Shown here: positions 1 through 10,618 of the stretch, piece by piece
How the letters are laid out: each line of letters starts with the position of its first letter
Numbering within the stretch: position 1 is the stretch's first letter
Source of the DNA: Pseudoalteromonas tetraodonis
GTDB taxonomy: Bacteria; Pseudomonadota; Gammaproteobacteria; Enterobacterales; Alteromonadaceae
DNA: 32,000 nt
Direction of reading: 5' to 3'
NCBI RefSeq assembly: GCF_002310835.1
Contig: NZ_CP011041.1
Coordinates: 1,650,001 to 1,682,000, forward strand
Position numbers and translations under genes: made by a program
Notes under the pieces: generated by a model
Told to the model about the DNA's origin: nothing
The model's input: only the letters and a program-made list of their open reading frames with translations
Database searches by the model: none

Positions 1-1
1 G

Positions 2-2524
2 AACAAGCCTTACAAAAAATCGGCCCGTGTGGTCGGTGACGTAATCGGTAAATACCACCCACACGGCGACAGTGCAGTTTATGACACCATCGTACGTATG
101 GCTCAGCCATTCTCACTGCGTTACATGCTAGTAGATGGTCAGGGTAACTTTGGTTCGGTTGATGGTGATTCAGCAGCGGCAATGCGTTATACAGAAGTAC
201 GTATGGCAAAAATGTCGCACGAATTATTAGCCGATCTTGAAAAAGAAACGGTTGATTTTGTGCCTAACTACGATGGCACAGAGCAAATTCCTGATGTGTT
301 ACCCACTAAAATACCTAACCTGTTAGTTAATGGTTCATCGGGTATTGCGGTTGGTATGGCAACAAATATTCCGCCACATAACTTAACAGAAGTCGTGAAT
401 GGCTGTTTAGCGCTTATTCAAAACCCTGAATTGACCATTACTGAGTTAATGGATTACATTCCTGGGCCTGATTTCCCAACTGCGGCGATTATTAACGGTA
501 AAAAAGGCATTGAACAAGCTTATCAAACCGGTCGTGGTAAAGTGTACATGCGTGCGCGTGCTGACATCGAAACCGATGAAAAGACGGGTCGCGAAACCAT
601 TATTGTTCATGAAATCCCTTACCAAGTTAACAAAGCACGTTTGATTGAAAAAATCGCCGAGCTAGTTAAAGATAAAAAAATTGAAGGGATCAGCGCATTA
701 CGTGATGAATCAGATAAAGATGGTATGCGTATCGTTATCGAGATCAAACGTGGTGACGTAGGTGAAGTTATTTTAAACAACCTTTATTCACAAACTCAGT
801 TACAAACTGTGTTTGGTATGAATATGGTTGCGTTAATTAATAACCAACCTAAGTGTTTCAACTTAAAAGAAATGCTTGAAGAATTTATTATTCACCGCCG
901 TGAAGTTGTTACCCGTCGTACGGTATTTGATTTACGCAAAGCCCGCGACCGTGCGCATACGCTAGAAGGTTTAGCGATTGCACTGGCTAACATTGACCCA
1001 ATTATCGAACTTATTCGTAAGTCGCCAACACCTGCTGAAGCAAAAGTTGCATTAACAGCGCGTCCATGGGAATTAGGTAATGTTAAAGCCATGCTTGATA
1101 AAGCAGGCGAAGACAACGTAGCACGCCCAGATTGGTTAGCAAGCGAGCTTGGTATTCGTGATGGTCAGTACTATATTTCTGAGCAACAAGCTCAAGCAAT
1201 ATTAGACTTACGTTTACATAAACTTACTGGTCTTGAACACGAAAAAATTCTTACCGAATATCAATCATTACTTGAGTTGATTGCTGAGTTATTATTCATT
1301 TTGGCAAATCCAGAGCGTTTAATGGAAGTTATTCGTGATGAGCTCGTTGAAATTAAAGAGCAATATGGTGATGAGCGCCGCACTGAAATAAATGCTGCAG
1401 CACATGATATTAGCCTTGAAGATTTAATCAACGAAGAAAACGTAGTTGTTACGCTTTCACATGAAGGGTACGTTAAGTATCAAGCATTAACTGATTACGA
1501 AGCGCAGCGTCGTGGTGGTAAAGGTAAATCAGCAACTAAGATGAAAGATGAAGATTTCATTGAACGTTTATTGGTTGCCAATACGCACGATACTATTCTT
1601 TGTTTCTCTACAGCGGGTCGTTTATATTGGCTTAAAGTATACCAGTTGCCACTTGCCAGTCGTGCAGCGCGCGGTAAGCCAATTGTTAACTTATTACCAC
1701 TTGAAGCAGATGAACGTATTACTGCAATCCTGCCAGTACGCGATTATGAAGATGATAAATACATCTTTATGGCGACGGCGTTCGGTACGGTTAAGAAGAC
1801 GCCATTAACGGCATACAGTCGTCAACGTGCAAGCGGTATTATTGCGGTTAACTTAAACGAAGGTGATAGCTTAATCGGTGTTGATATTACCGATGGCAGC
1901 AACGAAATTATGTTGTTCACTGATGCGGGTAAAGTTGTTCGCTTTAAAGAAGCTGAAGAAACAGCTGTTGTTGATGAAAATGGTAACCCAGTACTAGACG
2001 AAGAAGGCAAACCTGAAATCCGTTTCAAAGGTGTACGTCCTATGGGCCGTACTGCAACGGGTGTTCGTGGTATTAAGATGCCAGACGATCAGCGTGTTGT
2101 ATCACTTATTGTACCAAAGAATGATGGTGCAATATTAACAGTGACAGAAAATGGCTACGGCAAGCGTACCCAACTTGAAGATTACCCATCTAAGAGTCGT
2201 GCAACTCAAGGTGTTGTATCAATCAAAGTGAGTGAGCGTAACGGTGCTGTTGTTGGTGCTGTACAGGTTGATGACAACGACGAAATAATGATTATTTCGA
2301 ATCGTGGTACCTTAGTACGTACTCGCGTTAATGAAGTTTCTACGGTTGGACGTAACACCCAAGGTGTTATTTTGATCAGAACTATTGACGAAGAGCAAGT
2401 AGTTGGTTTACAACGTATAGAAGAAATTGAAGTGACTGAAAGTGACTTGGTTGATATCGAAGACGTTGAAACAGTAGATACAGTTATTGATGAAGTGGCG
2501 GATGACAATCCTCCTTCAGAATAA
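2..2524 (+). CDS. gyrA: DNA gyrase subunit A, 5'-truncated at the window edge
   Basis: The frame is open from nt 2 ([52 protein letters not shown]). It is near-identical to the E. coli GyrA QRDR region and collinear through the GyrA-box/CTD to an acidic tail. The stop is TAA at 2522-2524. Confidence 0.97.
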   Translation, partial: NKPYKKSARVVGDVIGKYHPHGDSAVYDTIVRMAQPFSLRYMLVDGQGNFGSVDGDSAAAMRYTEVRMAKMSHELLADLEKETVDFVPNYDGTEQIPDVLPTKIPNLLVNGSSGIAVGMATNIPPHNLTEVVNGCLALIQNPELTITELMDYIPGPDFPTAAIINGKKGIEQAYQTGRGKVYMRARADIETDEKTGRETIIVHEIPYQVNKARLIEKIAELVKDKKIEGISALRDESDKDGMRIVIEIKRGDVGEVILNNLYSQTQLQTVFGMNMVALINNQPKCFNLKEMLEEFIIHRREVVTRRTVFDLRKARDRAHTLEGLAIALANIDPIIELIRKSPTPAEAKVALTARPWELGNVKAMLDKAGEDNVARPDWLASELGIRDGQYYISEQQAQAILDLRLHKLTGLEHEKILTEYQSLLELIAELLFILANPERLMEVIRDELVEIKEQYGDERRTEINAAAHDISLEDLINEENVVVTLSHEGYVKYQALTDYEAQRRGGKGKSATKMKDEDFIERLLVANTHDTILCFSTAGRLYWLKVYQLPLASRAARGKPIVNLLPLEADERITAILPVRDYEDDKYIFMATAFGTVKKTPLTAYSRQRASGIIAVNLNEGDSLIGVDITDGSNEIMLFTDAGKVVRFKEAEETAVVDENGNPVLDEEGKPEIRFKGVRPMGRTATGVRGIKMPDDQRVVSLIVPKNDGAILTVTENGYGKRTQLEDYPSKSRATQGVVSIKVSERNGAVVGAVQVDDNDEIMIISNRGTLVRTRVNEVSTVGRNTQGVILIRTIDEEQVVGLQRIEEIEVTESDLVDIEDVETVDTVIDEVADDNPPSE

Positions 2525-2532
2525 TTAGATTG

Positions 2533-2559
2533 AAAAAAGCGGCCTTGGCCGCTTTTTTT
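2533..2559 (+). terminator. Rho-independent terminator after gyrA
   Basis: The sequence is AAAAAAGCGGCC-TT-GGCCGCTTTTTTT, a GC stem flanked by an A-run and a T-run, 9 nt after the gyrA stop. Confidence 0.8.
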
Positions 2560-2622
2560 ATGTGGTTGAAAAAAATTAAATTAGTTTAATTCAAGTTAAA
2601 TTACTGGAATGAGGAAAAGGTA

Positions 2623-3705
2623 ATGAGTATATATAATTTTTGTGCAGGCCCTGCAATGTTACCACCGGCTGTTATGCAAAAAGCGCAAAAAGAGTTTTTA
2701 AACTGGCAAGGTCTTGGTGTATCGGTGATGGAAATAAGTCATCGTAGTCATGAATTTTTAGCATTAACCGCTAAATGTGAAGCCAGCCTGCGTCGTTTAA
2801 TGAATATCAGTGACGAGTTTGAAGTGCTATTTATGCACGGTGGTGGTCGAGGTCAATTCAGTGCCGTACCTTTAAACCTTCATGTTAACGGTAAAAAAGC
2901 AGTTTATTGTGAAAATGGCGTTTGGTCAAAAAGTGCAACCAGCGAAGCCGATAAGTTTACAAATACACACGCTGTTGATGTGCGCAATGATGATAACGGC
3001 CTGTTTTCTATTAAGCAGGTAGCCGATTGGGTTTTACCTGCTGATGCGTCTTACATTCACTATTGCCCGAATGAAACCGTAGACGGCCTTGAAATATTTG
3101 ACGTACCCAGTCATCCAACGGCGCCGATTGTGGCCGATATGTCATCGACTATTTTATCGCGCGAAATTGACGTTAATAAATTTGATTTAATCTACGCGGG
3201 TGCACAAAAAAATATCGGTCCATCGGGCATTGCTATTGTGATTGTTCGCAAAACGCTACTTGAGCGTGAAGGGCTCGCCAAGCCGGGTATTTTAGATTAC
3301 GCCCTTGAAGCAAAACAAGGCAGCATGTTTAACACCCCACCGACTTTTGCTTGGTATTTAGCGGCTGAAGTATTTGCATGGCTTGAGCAAACCGGGGGTG
3401 TAAAAGCCATGGAAGCTCAAAATATTGCCAAAGCGCAGCTGCTTTATGATTTTATTGATGGTTCAGATTTTTATACCAATAAAGTAGCGAAGCATTGCCG
3501 TTCACGTATGAATGTGCCTTTTTGGCTGGTTGATGAAAGCTTTAATGATAAGTTTGTTAAAGAGTCAAAAGAAGCGGGCTTGTTAGCGCTTGAAGGTCAT
3601 CGTATTGTTGGCGGGATGCGCGCCAGTATTTATAACGCGATGCCATTGGGAGGTGTACAAGCCTTAGTTGACTTTATGGCTAACTTCGCCAAGGAGAATA
3701 GTTAA
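2623..3705 (+). CDS. serC: Phosphoserine aminotransferase
   Basis: This 360-aa protein starts [14 protein letters not shown]...EISHRS, the typical SerC N-terminus. A GAGGAAAAGG RBS precedes it, and serC-aroA synteny matches the enterics. Confidence 0.95.
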   Translation: MSIYNFCAGPAMLPPAVMQKAQKEFLNWQGLGVSVMEISHRSHEFLALTAKCEASLRRLMNISDEFEVLFMHGGGRGQFSAVPLNLHVNGKKAVYCENGVWSKSATSEADKFTNTHAVDVRNDDNGLFSIKQVADWVLPADASYIHYCPNETVDGLEIFDVPSHPTAPIVADMSSTILSREIDVNKFDLIYAGAQKNIGPSGIAIVIVRKTLLEREGLAKPGILDYALEAKQGSMFNTPPTFAWYLAAEVFAWLEQTGGVKAMEAQNIAKAQLLYDFIDGSDFYTNKVAKHCRSRMNVPFWLVDESFNDKFVKESKEAGLLALEGHRIVGGMRASIYNAMPLGGVQALVDFMANFAKENS

Positions 3706-4982
3706 TGGAGCAACTTTTCTTAGCCCCTATTTCACAAGTGAATGGCAGTGTGACATTACCGGGTTCAAAGAGTTTATCAAACCGAATTTTATTATTAGCA
3801 GCATTATCTAACGGCACCACGGTTGTTGAAAATTTACTCGACAGCGACGATATTCGCCATATGCTGGGTGCGTTAAAGCACTTGGGCGTTAATGTAACGC
3901 TTAATACTGAACGCACCGTAGCAACCGTAGAGGGCGTAAGTGGCGTGTTTAATACGCCAACTGAGCCGTTGTTTTTAGGTAATGCAGGTACAGCGTATCG
4001 GCCATTAACGGCAGTACTGAGTGCGATTGCTGGTGAGTATGAGTTAATTGGTGAGCCGCGCATGGAAGAGCGCCCTATAGGGCATTTAGTTGATGCATTA
4101 CAAGCCTTGGGTGGTAATGTAAGTTATTTAAAAAATAAAGATTACCCGCCACTTAAAATTATCGGTGGGCAAATAGCCGGCGGTGAAGTCGAAATTGACG
4201 GCAGTATTTCAAGTCAATTTTTAACGGCGCTGCTCATGGCTGCGCCGTTATTTAAAGGCGATACACACATTAAAATTAAAGGTACCTTAGTCTCTAAGCC
4301 TTATATTGATATTACGCTGGATGTGATGGCGCGCTTTGGTGTAACTGTTGAGCATGATAATTACACCACGTTCTTCGTTAAAGGTGCCCAGCAATACCAA
4401 GCGGTTGAGCGCATAATGGTTGAAGGTGATGCTTCATCGGCTTCTTATTTTATTGCTGCTGCAGCAATTGCCGGTGGCGAAATAGAAATTAAAGGCGTTG
4501 GCGCTAAATCAGTTCAAGGTGATATTGGCTTTGCTAAAGTGATGGAGCAAGTGGGTGCCAAAATTGATTGGTATGACGAGCGTTTAGTTGTTCGTAAAGG
4601 CGAGCTTAACGGTATCGATATAGATGCTAATGCGATACCTGATGCTGCAATGACCTTGGCGACTGTTGCCTTGTTTGCTAAAGGGCCAACCGCTATTCGT
4701 AATATTTATAACTGGCGGGTAAAAGAAACTGACCGTTTACATGCAATGGCCACCGAGCTTAGAAAAGTAGGGGCTGAAGTGGTTGAAGGGCACGACTTTA
4801 TTGAGATCACACCGCCAAAGCAATTTAATAATGTGGCTGTAGATACCTACGACGATCACCGTATTGCCATGTGCTTTGCAATGGTGGCAGTAGGGGGTAA
4901 GCCCATAACGATTAACGATCCGGCCTGTACTTATAAGACATTCCCAACATTTTTCAAAGTGTTAGCATCTGTCAGTAAATAG
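3705..4982 (+). CDS. aroA: 3-phosphoshikimate 1-carboxyvinyltransferase (EPSP synthase)
   Basis: This 425-aa protein carries [17 protein letters not shown] and NAGTAYRPL motifs. Its start overlaps the serC stop (TAATG), indicating translational coupling. Confidence 0.95.
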   Translation: MEQLFLAPISQVNGSVTLPGSKSLSNRILLLAALSNGTTVVENLLDSDDIRHMLGALKHLGVNVTLNTERTVATVEGVSGVFNTPTEPLFLGNAGTAYRPLTAVLSAIAGEYELIGEPRMEERPIGHLVDALQALGGNVSYLKNKDYPPLKIIGGQIAGGEVEIDGSISSQFLTALLMAAPLFKGDTHIKIKGTLVSKPYIDITLDVMARFGVTVEHDNYTTFFVKGAQQYQAVERIMVEGDASSASYFIAAAAIAGGEIEIKGVGAKSVQGDIGFAKVMEQVGAKIDWYDERLVVRKGELNGIDIDANAIPDAAMTLATVALFAKGPTAIRNIYNWRVKETDRLHAMATELRKVGAEVVEGHDFIEITPPKQFNNVAVDTYDDHRIAMCFAMVAVGGKPITINDPACTYKTFPTFFKVLASVSK

Positions 4983-5044
4983 GCTATTTATAAGTATTTA
5001 TAAAAAGTTACATACTAAAAGCGGATAATCTTTATTAATTGGCG

Positions 5045-5050
5045 TATAAT
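5045..5050 (+). promoter_or_regulatory. Candidate sigma70 -10 box upstream of cmk
   Basis: A perfect TATAAT lies 40 nt upstream of the cmk ATG. No convincing -35 element is present (CGGATA at 17-bp spacing). Confidence 0.3.
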
Positions 5051-5089
5051 GTGGCGGTTTATTTTGGTGTGCATTGAAGGAGGTTTTAA

Positions 5090-5800
5090 ATGCCGGCGTT
5101 ATTAATGCCCGTAATCACCGTAGATGGCCCAAGTGGTTCTGGTAAAGGAACTGTTTGTCGCCTATTGGCTGAAAAATTAGGCTGGGATGTGTTAGATAGC
5201 GGAGCAATTTATCGCGTACTATCACTTGCAGCACTTCATCACCAAATTGCGTTAGATAACGAAGAAGCACTCGTCCCATTAGCTGCAAATCTTGATGTGC
5301 AGTTTTTGATAGACAGTGACACTAATGCAGGAAAGATTATTTTAGAAGGCGAAGATGTCACAACCACTATTCGAAATGAAGAAGTGGGTGCTGCAGCGTC
5401 TAAAGTGGCCGCATTACCGCGTGTTCGAGAAGCGTTGCTTCGCCGCCAGCGTGCGTTTAGAACAGAAAACGGTTTAATTGCCGATGGCCGCGATATGGGC
5501 ACTGTGGTATTTCCAGATGCGCCATTAAAGATATTTCTAACCGCAAGTGCAGAAGAACGTGCTCGCAGACGTTTTGTTGAGTTGAATGAGCGCGGGCTTG
5601 ATGTTACACTAAGTGGTCTATTACAGGACATTCAAGCACGTGACGATCGCGATATGAATCGTGCCGTTGCGCCGCTTGTACCTGCAGAGGATGCGATTGA
5701 GCTTGATACTAGCGAACTCAACGCGCAGCAAGTCTTTGATAAAGTTATAACTTTATTAGATGCGAGCATCTCAGAAGGTAAGCTTCCTAAACGAAGCTAA
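5090..5800 (+). CDS. cmk: Cytidylate kinase
   Basis: This 236-aa protein has the P-loop [13 protein letters not shown]. An AGGAGG RBS lies 7 nt upstream, and the cmk-rpsA-ihfB order is conserved. Confidence 0.93.
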   Translation: MPALLMPVITVDGPSGSGKGTVCRLLAEKLGWDVLDSGAIYRVLSLAALHHQIALDNEEALVPLAANLDVQFLIDSDTNAGKIILEGEDVTTTIRNEEVGAAASKVAALPRVREALLRRQRAFRTENGLIADGRDMGTVVFPDAPLKIFLTASAEERARRRFVELNERGLDVTLSGLLQDIQARDDRDMNRAVAPLVPAEDAIELDTSELNAQQVFDKVITLLDASISEGKLPKRS

Positions 5801-5895
5801 ATACATTTTATGCACCAGCAGGATGCCAGTGCTATTTTAACAACCCCATGCAGCATGGTTGCTTATTGGTATTAATATATGAGACGTATATTCGT
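5801..5895 (+). promoter_or_regulatory. rpsA leader lacking a Shine-Dalgarno sequence, with small hairpins (candidate S1 autoregulatory operator)
   Basis: No SD precedes ATG 5896. Hairpins include GCACCAGCA-GGA-TGCCAGTGC (GGA in the loop), CCATG-CAG-CATGG, and an AT-rich stem at AATATA/TATATT. This resembles the E. coli rpsA leader. Confidence 0.35.
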
Positions 5896-7563
5896 ATGTC
5901 AGAAAATTTTGCGCAGTTATTTGAAGAAAGCTTAAAGGGTTTTGAAGCAGAGCAAGGCTCTATCGTTAAAGGTACAGTAATCTCAATCGAGAACAACATT
6001 GTACTTGTAGATGCTGGTCTTAAATCAGAAAGTGCTATCCCTGCAGAGCAGTTCAAAAATGCTGCTGGTGAACTAGAAGTTGCTGTTGGCGACGAAGTAG
6101 ATGTTGCACTAGATGCAATCGAAGACGGTTTCGGTGAAACTATCCTTTCTCGTGAGAAAGCGAAGCGTCACGAAGCGTGGATCCGTCTTGAGAAAGCATG
6201 TGAAGAGCAAGAGACTGTTACTGGTGTTATCAACGGTAAAGTTAAAGGCGGTTTCACAGTTGAAGTTGATTCAATCCGTGCTTTCCTACCTGGTTCACTT
6301 GTTGATGTTCGTCCAGTACGTGACACAACTCACCTTGAAGGCAAAGAGCTTGAATTTAAAGTAATCAAGCTTGATCAAAAACGTAACAACGTTGTTGTTT
6401 CACGTCGTGCAGTTATCGAATCAGAAAACTCACAAGAACGTGAAGAGCTTCTTGCTAACCTTGTTGAAGGTCAAGAAGTTAAAGGTATCGTTAAGAACCT
6501 TACTGACTACGGTGCGTTCGTTGACCTTGGTGGTGTTGATGGTCTACTACACATTACTGATATGGCGTGGAAGCGTGTTAAGCACCCTTCAGAAATCGTT
6601 AATGTTGGCGACGAAATCGCAGTTAAAGTTCTTAAATTCGACAAAGATAAAACTCGTGTATCTCTAGGCCTTAAACAACTTGGCGAAGATCCATGGGCAG
6701 CTATCGCTGGTCGTTACCCAGAAGGTTCTAAACTTTCTGGTCGTGTAACTAACCTTACTGATTACGGTTGCTTCGTAGAAATCGAAGAAGGCGTTGAAGG
6801 TCTAGTACACGTTTCTGAAATGGATTGGACTAACAAGAACATCCACCCTTCAAAAGTTGTATCACTAGGTGACACTGTTGAAGTTATGGTTCTTGAAATC
6901 GACGAAGAACGTCGTCGTATTTCTCTTGGTCTTAAGCAATGTATTGCTAATCCTTGGCAGGAATTTGCTCGTCTACAAAACAAAGGCGACCAAGTTACTG
7001 GTAAGATCAAATCAATCACTGACTTCGGTATCTTTATCGGTCTTGACGGTGGTATTGATGGTCTTGTACACCTTTCAGACATTTCTTGGAATACACCTGG
7101 CGAAGAAGCTGTACGTGAATTCAAGAAAGGCGACGAAATCACTGCTATCGTATTGCAAGTTGACCCAGAGCGTGAACGTATCTCTCTAGGTGTTAAGCAA
7201 ATCGAAGCTGACCCATTCAATAACTACCTTGATGCAAACAAAAAAGGTGCTATTGTTAAAGGTAAAGTGACTGAAGTTGATGCGAAAGGCGCAACTGTTG
7301 AACTTATCGAAGGCGTTGAAGGTTACATCCGTGTAGCTGATATCGCTCAAGAGCGCGTTGAAGATGCAACTACTGTTGTTTCTGTAGGCGACGAGATTGA
7401 AGTTAAATACGTTGGTGTTGATCGTAAGAACCGCACTTTAAGCTTATCTGTTAAAGCTCTTTTCGAAGCAGAAGAGAAAGAAGTACTAGAGAAGCTTAAG
7501 AAAGAAGAGCCAGTGTTTGAAAACGCAATGGCAGCTGCTTTCGCAAATGCACAAAAAGACTAA
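5896..7563 (+). CDS. rpsA: 30S ribosomal protein S1
   Basis: Starting at ATG 5896 gives [15 protein letters not shown]..., which aligns with the E. coli S1 N-terminus ([15 protein letters not shown]). Six S1 domains follow. The tracked ORF start at 5848 adds 16 non-homologous residues. Confidence 0.95.
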   Translation: MSENFAQLFEESLKGFEAEQGSIVKGTVISIENNIVLVDAGLKSESAIPAEQFKNAAGELEVAVGDEVDVALDAIEDGFGETILSREKAKRHEAWIRLEKACEEQETVTGVINGKVKGGFTVEVDSIRAFLPGSLVDVRPVRDTTHLEGKELEFKVIKLDQKRNNVVVSRRAVIESENSQEREELLANLVEGQEVKGIVKNLTDYGAFVDLGGVDGLLHITDMAWKRVKHPSEIVNVGDEIAVKVLKFDKDKTRVSLGLKQLGEDPWAAIAGRYPEGSKLSGRVTNLTDYGCFVEIEEGVEGLVHVSEMDWTNKNIHPSKVVSLGDTVEVMVLEIDEERRRISLGLKQCIANPWQEFARLQNKGDQVTGKIKSITDFGIFIGLDGGIDGLVHLSDISWNTPGEEAVREFKKGDEITAIVLQVDPERERISLGVKQIEADPFNNYLDANKKGAIVKGKVTEVDAKGATVELIEGVEGYIRVADIAQERVEDATTVVSVGDEIEVKYVGVDRKNRTLSLSVKALFEAEEKEVLEKLKKEEPVFENAMAAAFANAQKD

Positions 7564-7582
7564 TTAATTATAGTCTTTTAAT

Positions 7583-7620
7583 TGGAAGGGCAGTTTATGC
7601 CCTTCCACTATTTCTTTTTA
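7583..7620 (+). terminator. Hairpin/partial terminator between rpsA and ihfB
   Basis: The stem is TGGAAGGGC-AGTTTAT-GCCCTTCCA (9 bp), followed by a T-rich tract CTATTTCTTTTT. Confidence 0.7.
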
Positions 7621-7630
7621 AGGAAACGCT

Positions 7631-7918
7631 ATGACTAAGTCAGAACTGATAGAAACACTTGCTGAACAACATTCACATATTCCTGTGAAAGATGTTGAGA
7701 ACGCTGTTAAAGAAATTCTTGAACAAATGGCCGGCTCATTATCTTCTTCAGATCGTATTGAGATCCGAGGTTTTGGAAGTTTCTCTTTGCATTACCGTGC
7801 GCCTCGTACAGGCCGTAACCCTAAAACAGGTGAAACTGTAGAGTTAGATGGTAAGCATGTACCTCATTTTAAACCAGGCAAAGAACTACGTGACCGTGTA
7901 AACGAGAGCATTGCTTAG
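7631..7918 (+). CDS. ihfB: Integration host factor subunit beta
   Basis: This 95-aa protein contains MTKSELIE...[27 protein letters not shown], the HU/IHF signature. Confidence 0.95.
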   Translation: MTKSELIETLAEQHSHIPVKDVENAVKEILEQMAGSLSSSDRIEIRGFGSFSLHYRAPRTGRNPKTGETVELDGKHVPHFKPGKELRDRVNESIA

Positions 7919-7939
7919 TAAACTTATTGGAGTAGTTAC

Positions 7940-8221
7940 TTGTTCAAGGTATTAAAAATTATTCTGGCGGCACTTTTTTTAATTGGTGCGTTTGTATTGG
8001 GTTCTCAAAACCCACAATTAACACAAATTAACTACATAATAGCCAGTAATACATTACCTTTAGCCGTTATAATAAGTATCTGCTTTTTGCTAGGTGTTGT
8101 AGTGGGTTGTTTTGTGAGTTTTAAATTGTTCACGCAATTAAAGTGGCAAAATTACCGTTTAAAAAAGCAATTAACGCCTGAAAAAGATAATAAAAAGCGT
8201 ATTGCCAACAAAGACACCTAA
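7940..8221 (+). CDS. lapA: Lipopolysaccharide assembly protein A (DUF1049 inner-membrane protein)
   Basis: This 93-aa protein has a TTG start and two TM segments. It carries the LG(S/A)QN..Q...NY pattern seen in E. coli LapA/YciS and sits directly upstream of lapB. Confidence 0.8.
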   Translation: MFKVLKIILAALFLIGAFVLGSQNPQLTQINYIIASNTLPLAVIISICFLLGVVVGCFVSFKLFTQLKWQNYRLKKQLTPEKDNKKRIANKDT

Positions 8222-8223
8222 TT

Positions 8224-9360
8224 ATGATTGAGCTGTTGTTTTTACTGCTTCCCGTTGCTGCCGGTTATGGTTGGATCATGGGGAAAAACAGTGCAAAAAA
8301 TCAGGCTCATCAATTTAATCGTCAAATTACTTCTGAATACAGTAAAGGGTTAAAGTTTTTACTGGATAGAGAAGAAGATCAGGGGCTTGAGCACTTAATT
8401 AATTTGCTCGAAGTAGCTGCTGACTCTGTTGAACATTATTCTACTTTAGCCACCATGTTTCGCCGTCGTGGTGAGCTTGACCGCGCAATAAAAATTCATG
8501 AACTGCTGCTAAAACACCCAAGTCTTAACGAAAAACAAGCCGCTAATAGCCGTTTAGAACTAGCCGAAGATTATATTATGGCTGGCTTATTAGACAGCGC
8601 AGAAGAACATTTAATATGGCTGGTAAAAAATAGCCATGCAGATGCACTCGATCCGATTATTTCTTTATATTCACAAACCCGTGAATGGGAAAAAGGCATT
8701 AATATGTTTGAAGCGCATACTGAGCTTTTTTCAAAAGAACAACACTTTAAAGCCATCGCTAATTTTTACTGTGAGCATGCCATTACCAGTAATAACCCAC
8801 AACTCATGCGCAAAGCCATTAGCTTAAACTTTAAAACAATTAGGCCTTTATATGAGCTTGGACTGTCAGCTTACACCAAAGAAGATTACGTAAAAGCAAT
8901 TTACTATTGGCGAGAATTAATCTGCCAATTTACTTTTTTTGCGCCATTGTTTATTGAAAAGTTAGCTCACAGCTATAAGCAATTAAAATTAACTCACCAA
9001 TTTCATGAACTCATTACTGAGTTACTAGAAAAGGGTGGGGTGATGATAAAAATACAGCATTGCCAAGCCTTGCTTGAGCAAGGACACACTGAACAAGCCT
9101 TTGAATTTTTAACTGATAATTTAAAACGTCAACCCACTATTCGTGGCTTTAGTTTTTTATTACAGTTAATGAGTACAGAAAATAAAAATACAAAAGATGT
9201 GCTTAATCAAATCGATAAACTTGTTACTTCGTACATCGCCACTAAGCCTGACTTTCAATGTCAGCATTGTGGCTTTACTAGCTACACCATTTATTGGAAT
9301 TGCCCTTCATGTAAACACTGGGAAACCATTGTGCCTAGCAGAGGCTTAGACGGATTTTAA
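8224..9360 (+). CDS. lapB: Lipopolysaccharide assembly protein B (TPR protein with C-terminal rubredoxin-like zinc finger)
   Basis: This 378-aa protein starts MIELLFLLLPVAAGYGW, matching E. coli LapB. It has the C-terminal CQHCGF...WNCPSCKHW zinc finger and ends RGLDGF. Confidence 0.93.
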   Translation: MIELLFLLLPVAAGYGWIMGKNSAKNQAHQFNRQITSEYSKGLKFLLDREEDQGLEHLINLLEVAADSVEHYSTLATMFRRRGELDRAIKIHELLLKHPSLNEKQAANSRLELAEDYIMAGLLDSAEEHLIWLVKNSHADALDPIISLYSQTREWEKGINMFEAHTELFSKEQHFKAIANFYCEHAITSNNPQLMRKAISLNFKTIRPLYELGLSAYTKEDYVKAIYYWRELICQFTFFAPLFIEKLAHSYKQLKLTHQFHELITELLEKGGVMIKIQHCQALLEQGHTEQAFEFLTDNLKRQPTIRGFSFLLQLMSTENKNTKDVLNQIDKLVTSYIATKPDFQCQHCGFTSYTIYWNCPSCKHWETIVPSRGLDGF

Positions 9361-9393
9361 TCTTTATACTTTTCGCTCACTAGTAGGATAGTT

Positions 9394-10098
9394 ATGTCTT
9401 TCGAAAAATCAAAAAAAATTCTTATCGCGCTTGATTATGATGATCAGCAAACTGCTTTAGCATTTGTAAAACAGTTATCACCAGATACCTGTCGATTAAA
9501 AGTGGGTAAAGAAATGTTTACTTATTTTGGTCCTGCATTTGTTAAAGAATTGGTCGATTTAGGTTTTGATGTATTTTTAGATTTAAAGTTTCACGATATT
9601 CCAAACACCGTTGCTAAAGCGGTGACTGCTGCGGCTAAAATGGGTGTATGGATGGTCAATGTACATGCATCGGGCGGTTATGAAATGATGCATAAAGCTA
9701 AACAAGCACTTGAGCAGTTTGGCGACAAAGCGCCATTACTGATTGCGGTAACTGTATTAACCAGCATGGACGAAGCTGAACTTGAGCGTTTAGGTATAAC
9801 TAAATCACCACAAGAGCAAGTTATGCATTTAGCTAAATTAACAAAGCAAGCAGGACTTGACGGTGTCGTGTGTTCCGCGCAAGAAGCGCAAAGTTTAAAG
9901 GCTGCTTTAGGGAAAGAGTTTAAATTAGTTACGCCAGGTATTCGCCCAGCGGGCAGTGATGCAGGCGATCAAAAACGTATTATGACACCTAAAGAAGCGA
10001 TTGAAGCGGGTAGTGACTATTTAGTGATTGGGCGTCCGATCACTCAGGCACAAAATCCTGTAAAAGTACTAAATGATGTAAATGAATCAATAGCTTAA
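9394..10098 (+). CDS. pyrF: Orotidine 5'-phosphate decarboxylase
   Basis: This 234-aa protein has ALD...LKVGKEMF...[10 protein letters not shown] motifs. lapB-pyrF synteny matches E. coli. Confidence 0.95.
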   Translation: MSFEKSKKILIALDYDDQQTALAFVKQLSPDTCRLKVGKEMFTYFGPAFVKELVDLGFDVFLDLKFHDIPNTVAKAVTAAAKMGVWMVNVHASGGYEMMHKAKQALEQFGDKAPLLIAVTVLTSMDEAELERLGITKSPQEQVMHLAKLTKQAGLDGVVCSAQEAQSLKAALGKEFKLVTPGIRPAGSDAGDQKRIMTPKEAIEAGSDYLVIGRPITQAQNPVKVLNDVNESIA

Positions 10099-10118
10099 AT
10101 TAAAAATTAGCATAATTG

Positions 10119-10148
10119 AGAGCAGTTCCTTACAACTGCTTTTCTTTG
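10119..10148 (+). terminator. Rho-independent terminator after pyrF
   Basis: The 7-bp stem is AGCAGTT-CCTTAC-AACTGCT, followed by TTTCTTT. Confidence 0.7.
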
Positions 10149-10167
10149 TGCTACATTTAAATTATGG

Positions 10168-10563
10168 GTGTGCAGTGAGGGATTTGCTTTGCGTATAATA
10201 ATATTTTTAGTTGTAATTATCATTAGTGGCTTTGCTGTAAATAAATATGTTTTTTCAACTAAAATGTATGATGATGTTTCAAATGTTACTGACTTGGTAT
10301 CTGGTTACCCCGTTGATTTATTCAAGTTTAAAAAAATTGCTCAAAATTATGCCCAGCATCTGTGTTACACCAATGAAGGTGTGTTAGCAGGAATAGATGT
10401 TAGCAGCAGAGACTGTGTTGCGACACATGATGAAATGCAAAATGAGTGTACAGAAAAAGTTTTTAGGCTAGCGCCGTTAAATCTAGATTCTAAAAAAGAA
10501 TTAATTGAATACTCAAATGAATATTCTCGCTGTACCTTACCTTATAAAAATATTAGGTTATAA
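10168..10563 (+). CDS. Hypothetical membrane-anchored Cys-containing protein (orphan)
   Basis: This ORF has an N-terminal hydrophobic anchor (RIIIFLVVIIISGFAV) and four Cys in the soluble part. I recognise no family. The tracked start is GTG 10168. TTG 10189 (MRIIIFL...) is the likelier start because a GAGGGA SD lies 8 nt upstream. The gene is lower in GC than its neighbours. Confidence 0.55.
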   Translation: MCSEGFALRIIIFLVVIIISGFAVNKYVFSTKMYDDVSNVTDLVSGYPVDLFKFKKIAQNYAQHLCYTNEGVLAGIDVSSRDCVATHDEMQNECTEKVFRLAPLNLDSKKELIEYSNEYSRCTLPYKNIRL

Positions 10564-10575
10564 ATTTCAGATACT

Positions 10576-10614
10576 AAAAAGCCACTTAGGTTTAAAACTT
10601 AAGTGGCTTTTTAT
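10576..10614. terminator. Bidirectional terminator between convergent genes
   Basis: AAAAAGCCACTTA...TAAGTGGCTTTTT forms an 8-bp core stem flanked by an A-run and a T-run. It lies between the stops at 10563 (+) and 10619 (-). Confidence 0.75.
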
Positions 10615-10618
10615 TTAA

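Noticed and set aside
892-2508. Antisense or alternate-frame ORFs inside gyrA (892-1116, 1548-1808, 1822-2028, 2206-2508).
   Set aside because: They lie entirely within a strongly supported conserved CDS. Their products are low-complexity Ser/Thr/Arg-rich translations with no RBS or homology signal, which is typical of shadow ORFs.
5848-5895. An upstream ATG extending rpsA by 16 codons ([16 protein letters not shown]).
   Set aside because: The extension has no counterpart in S1 proteins. Homology begins exactly at ATG 5896 ([13 protein letters not shown]), and the upstream part overlaps the predicted leader hairpins.
6113-7220. Overlapping ORFs within rpsA (6113-6364, 6371-6667, 6762-7220 minus, 6869-7189).
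   Set aside because: These are shadow frames of a highly expressed, codon-biased gene, and I recognise no independent support for them.
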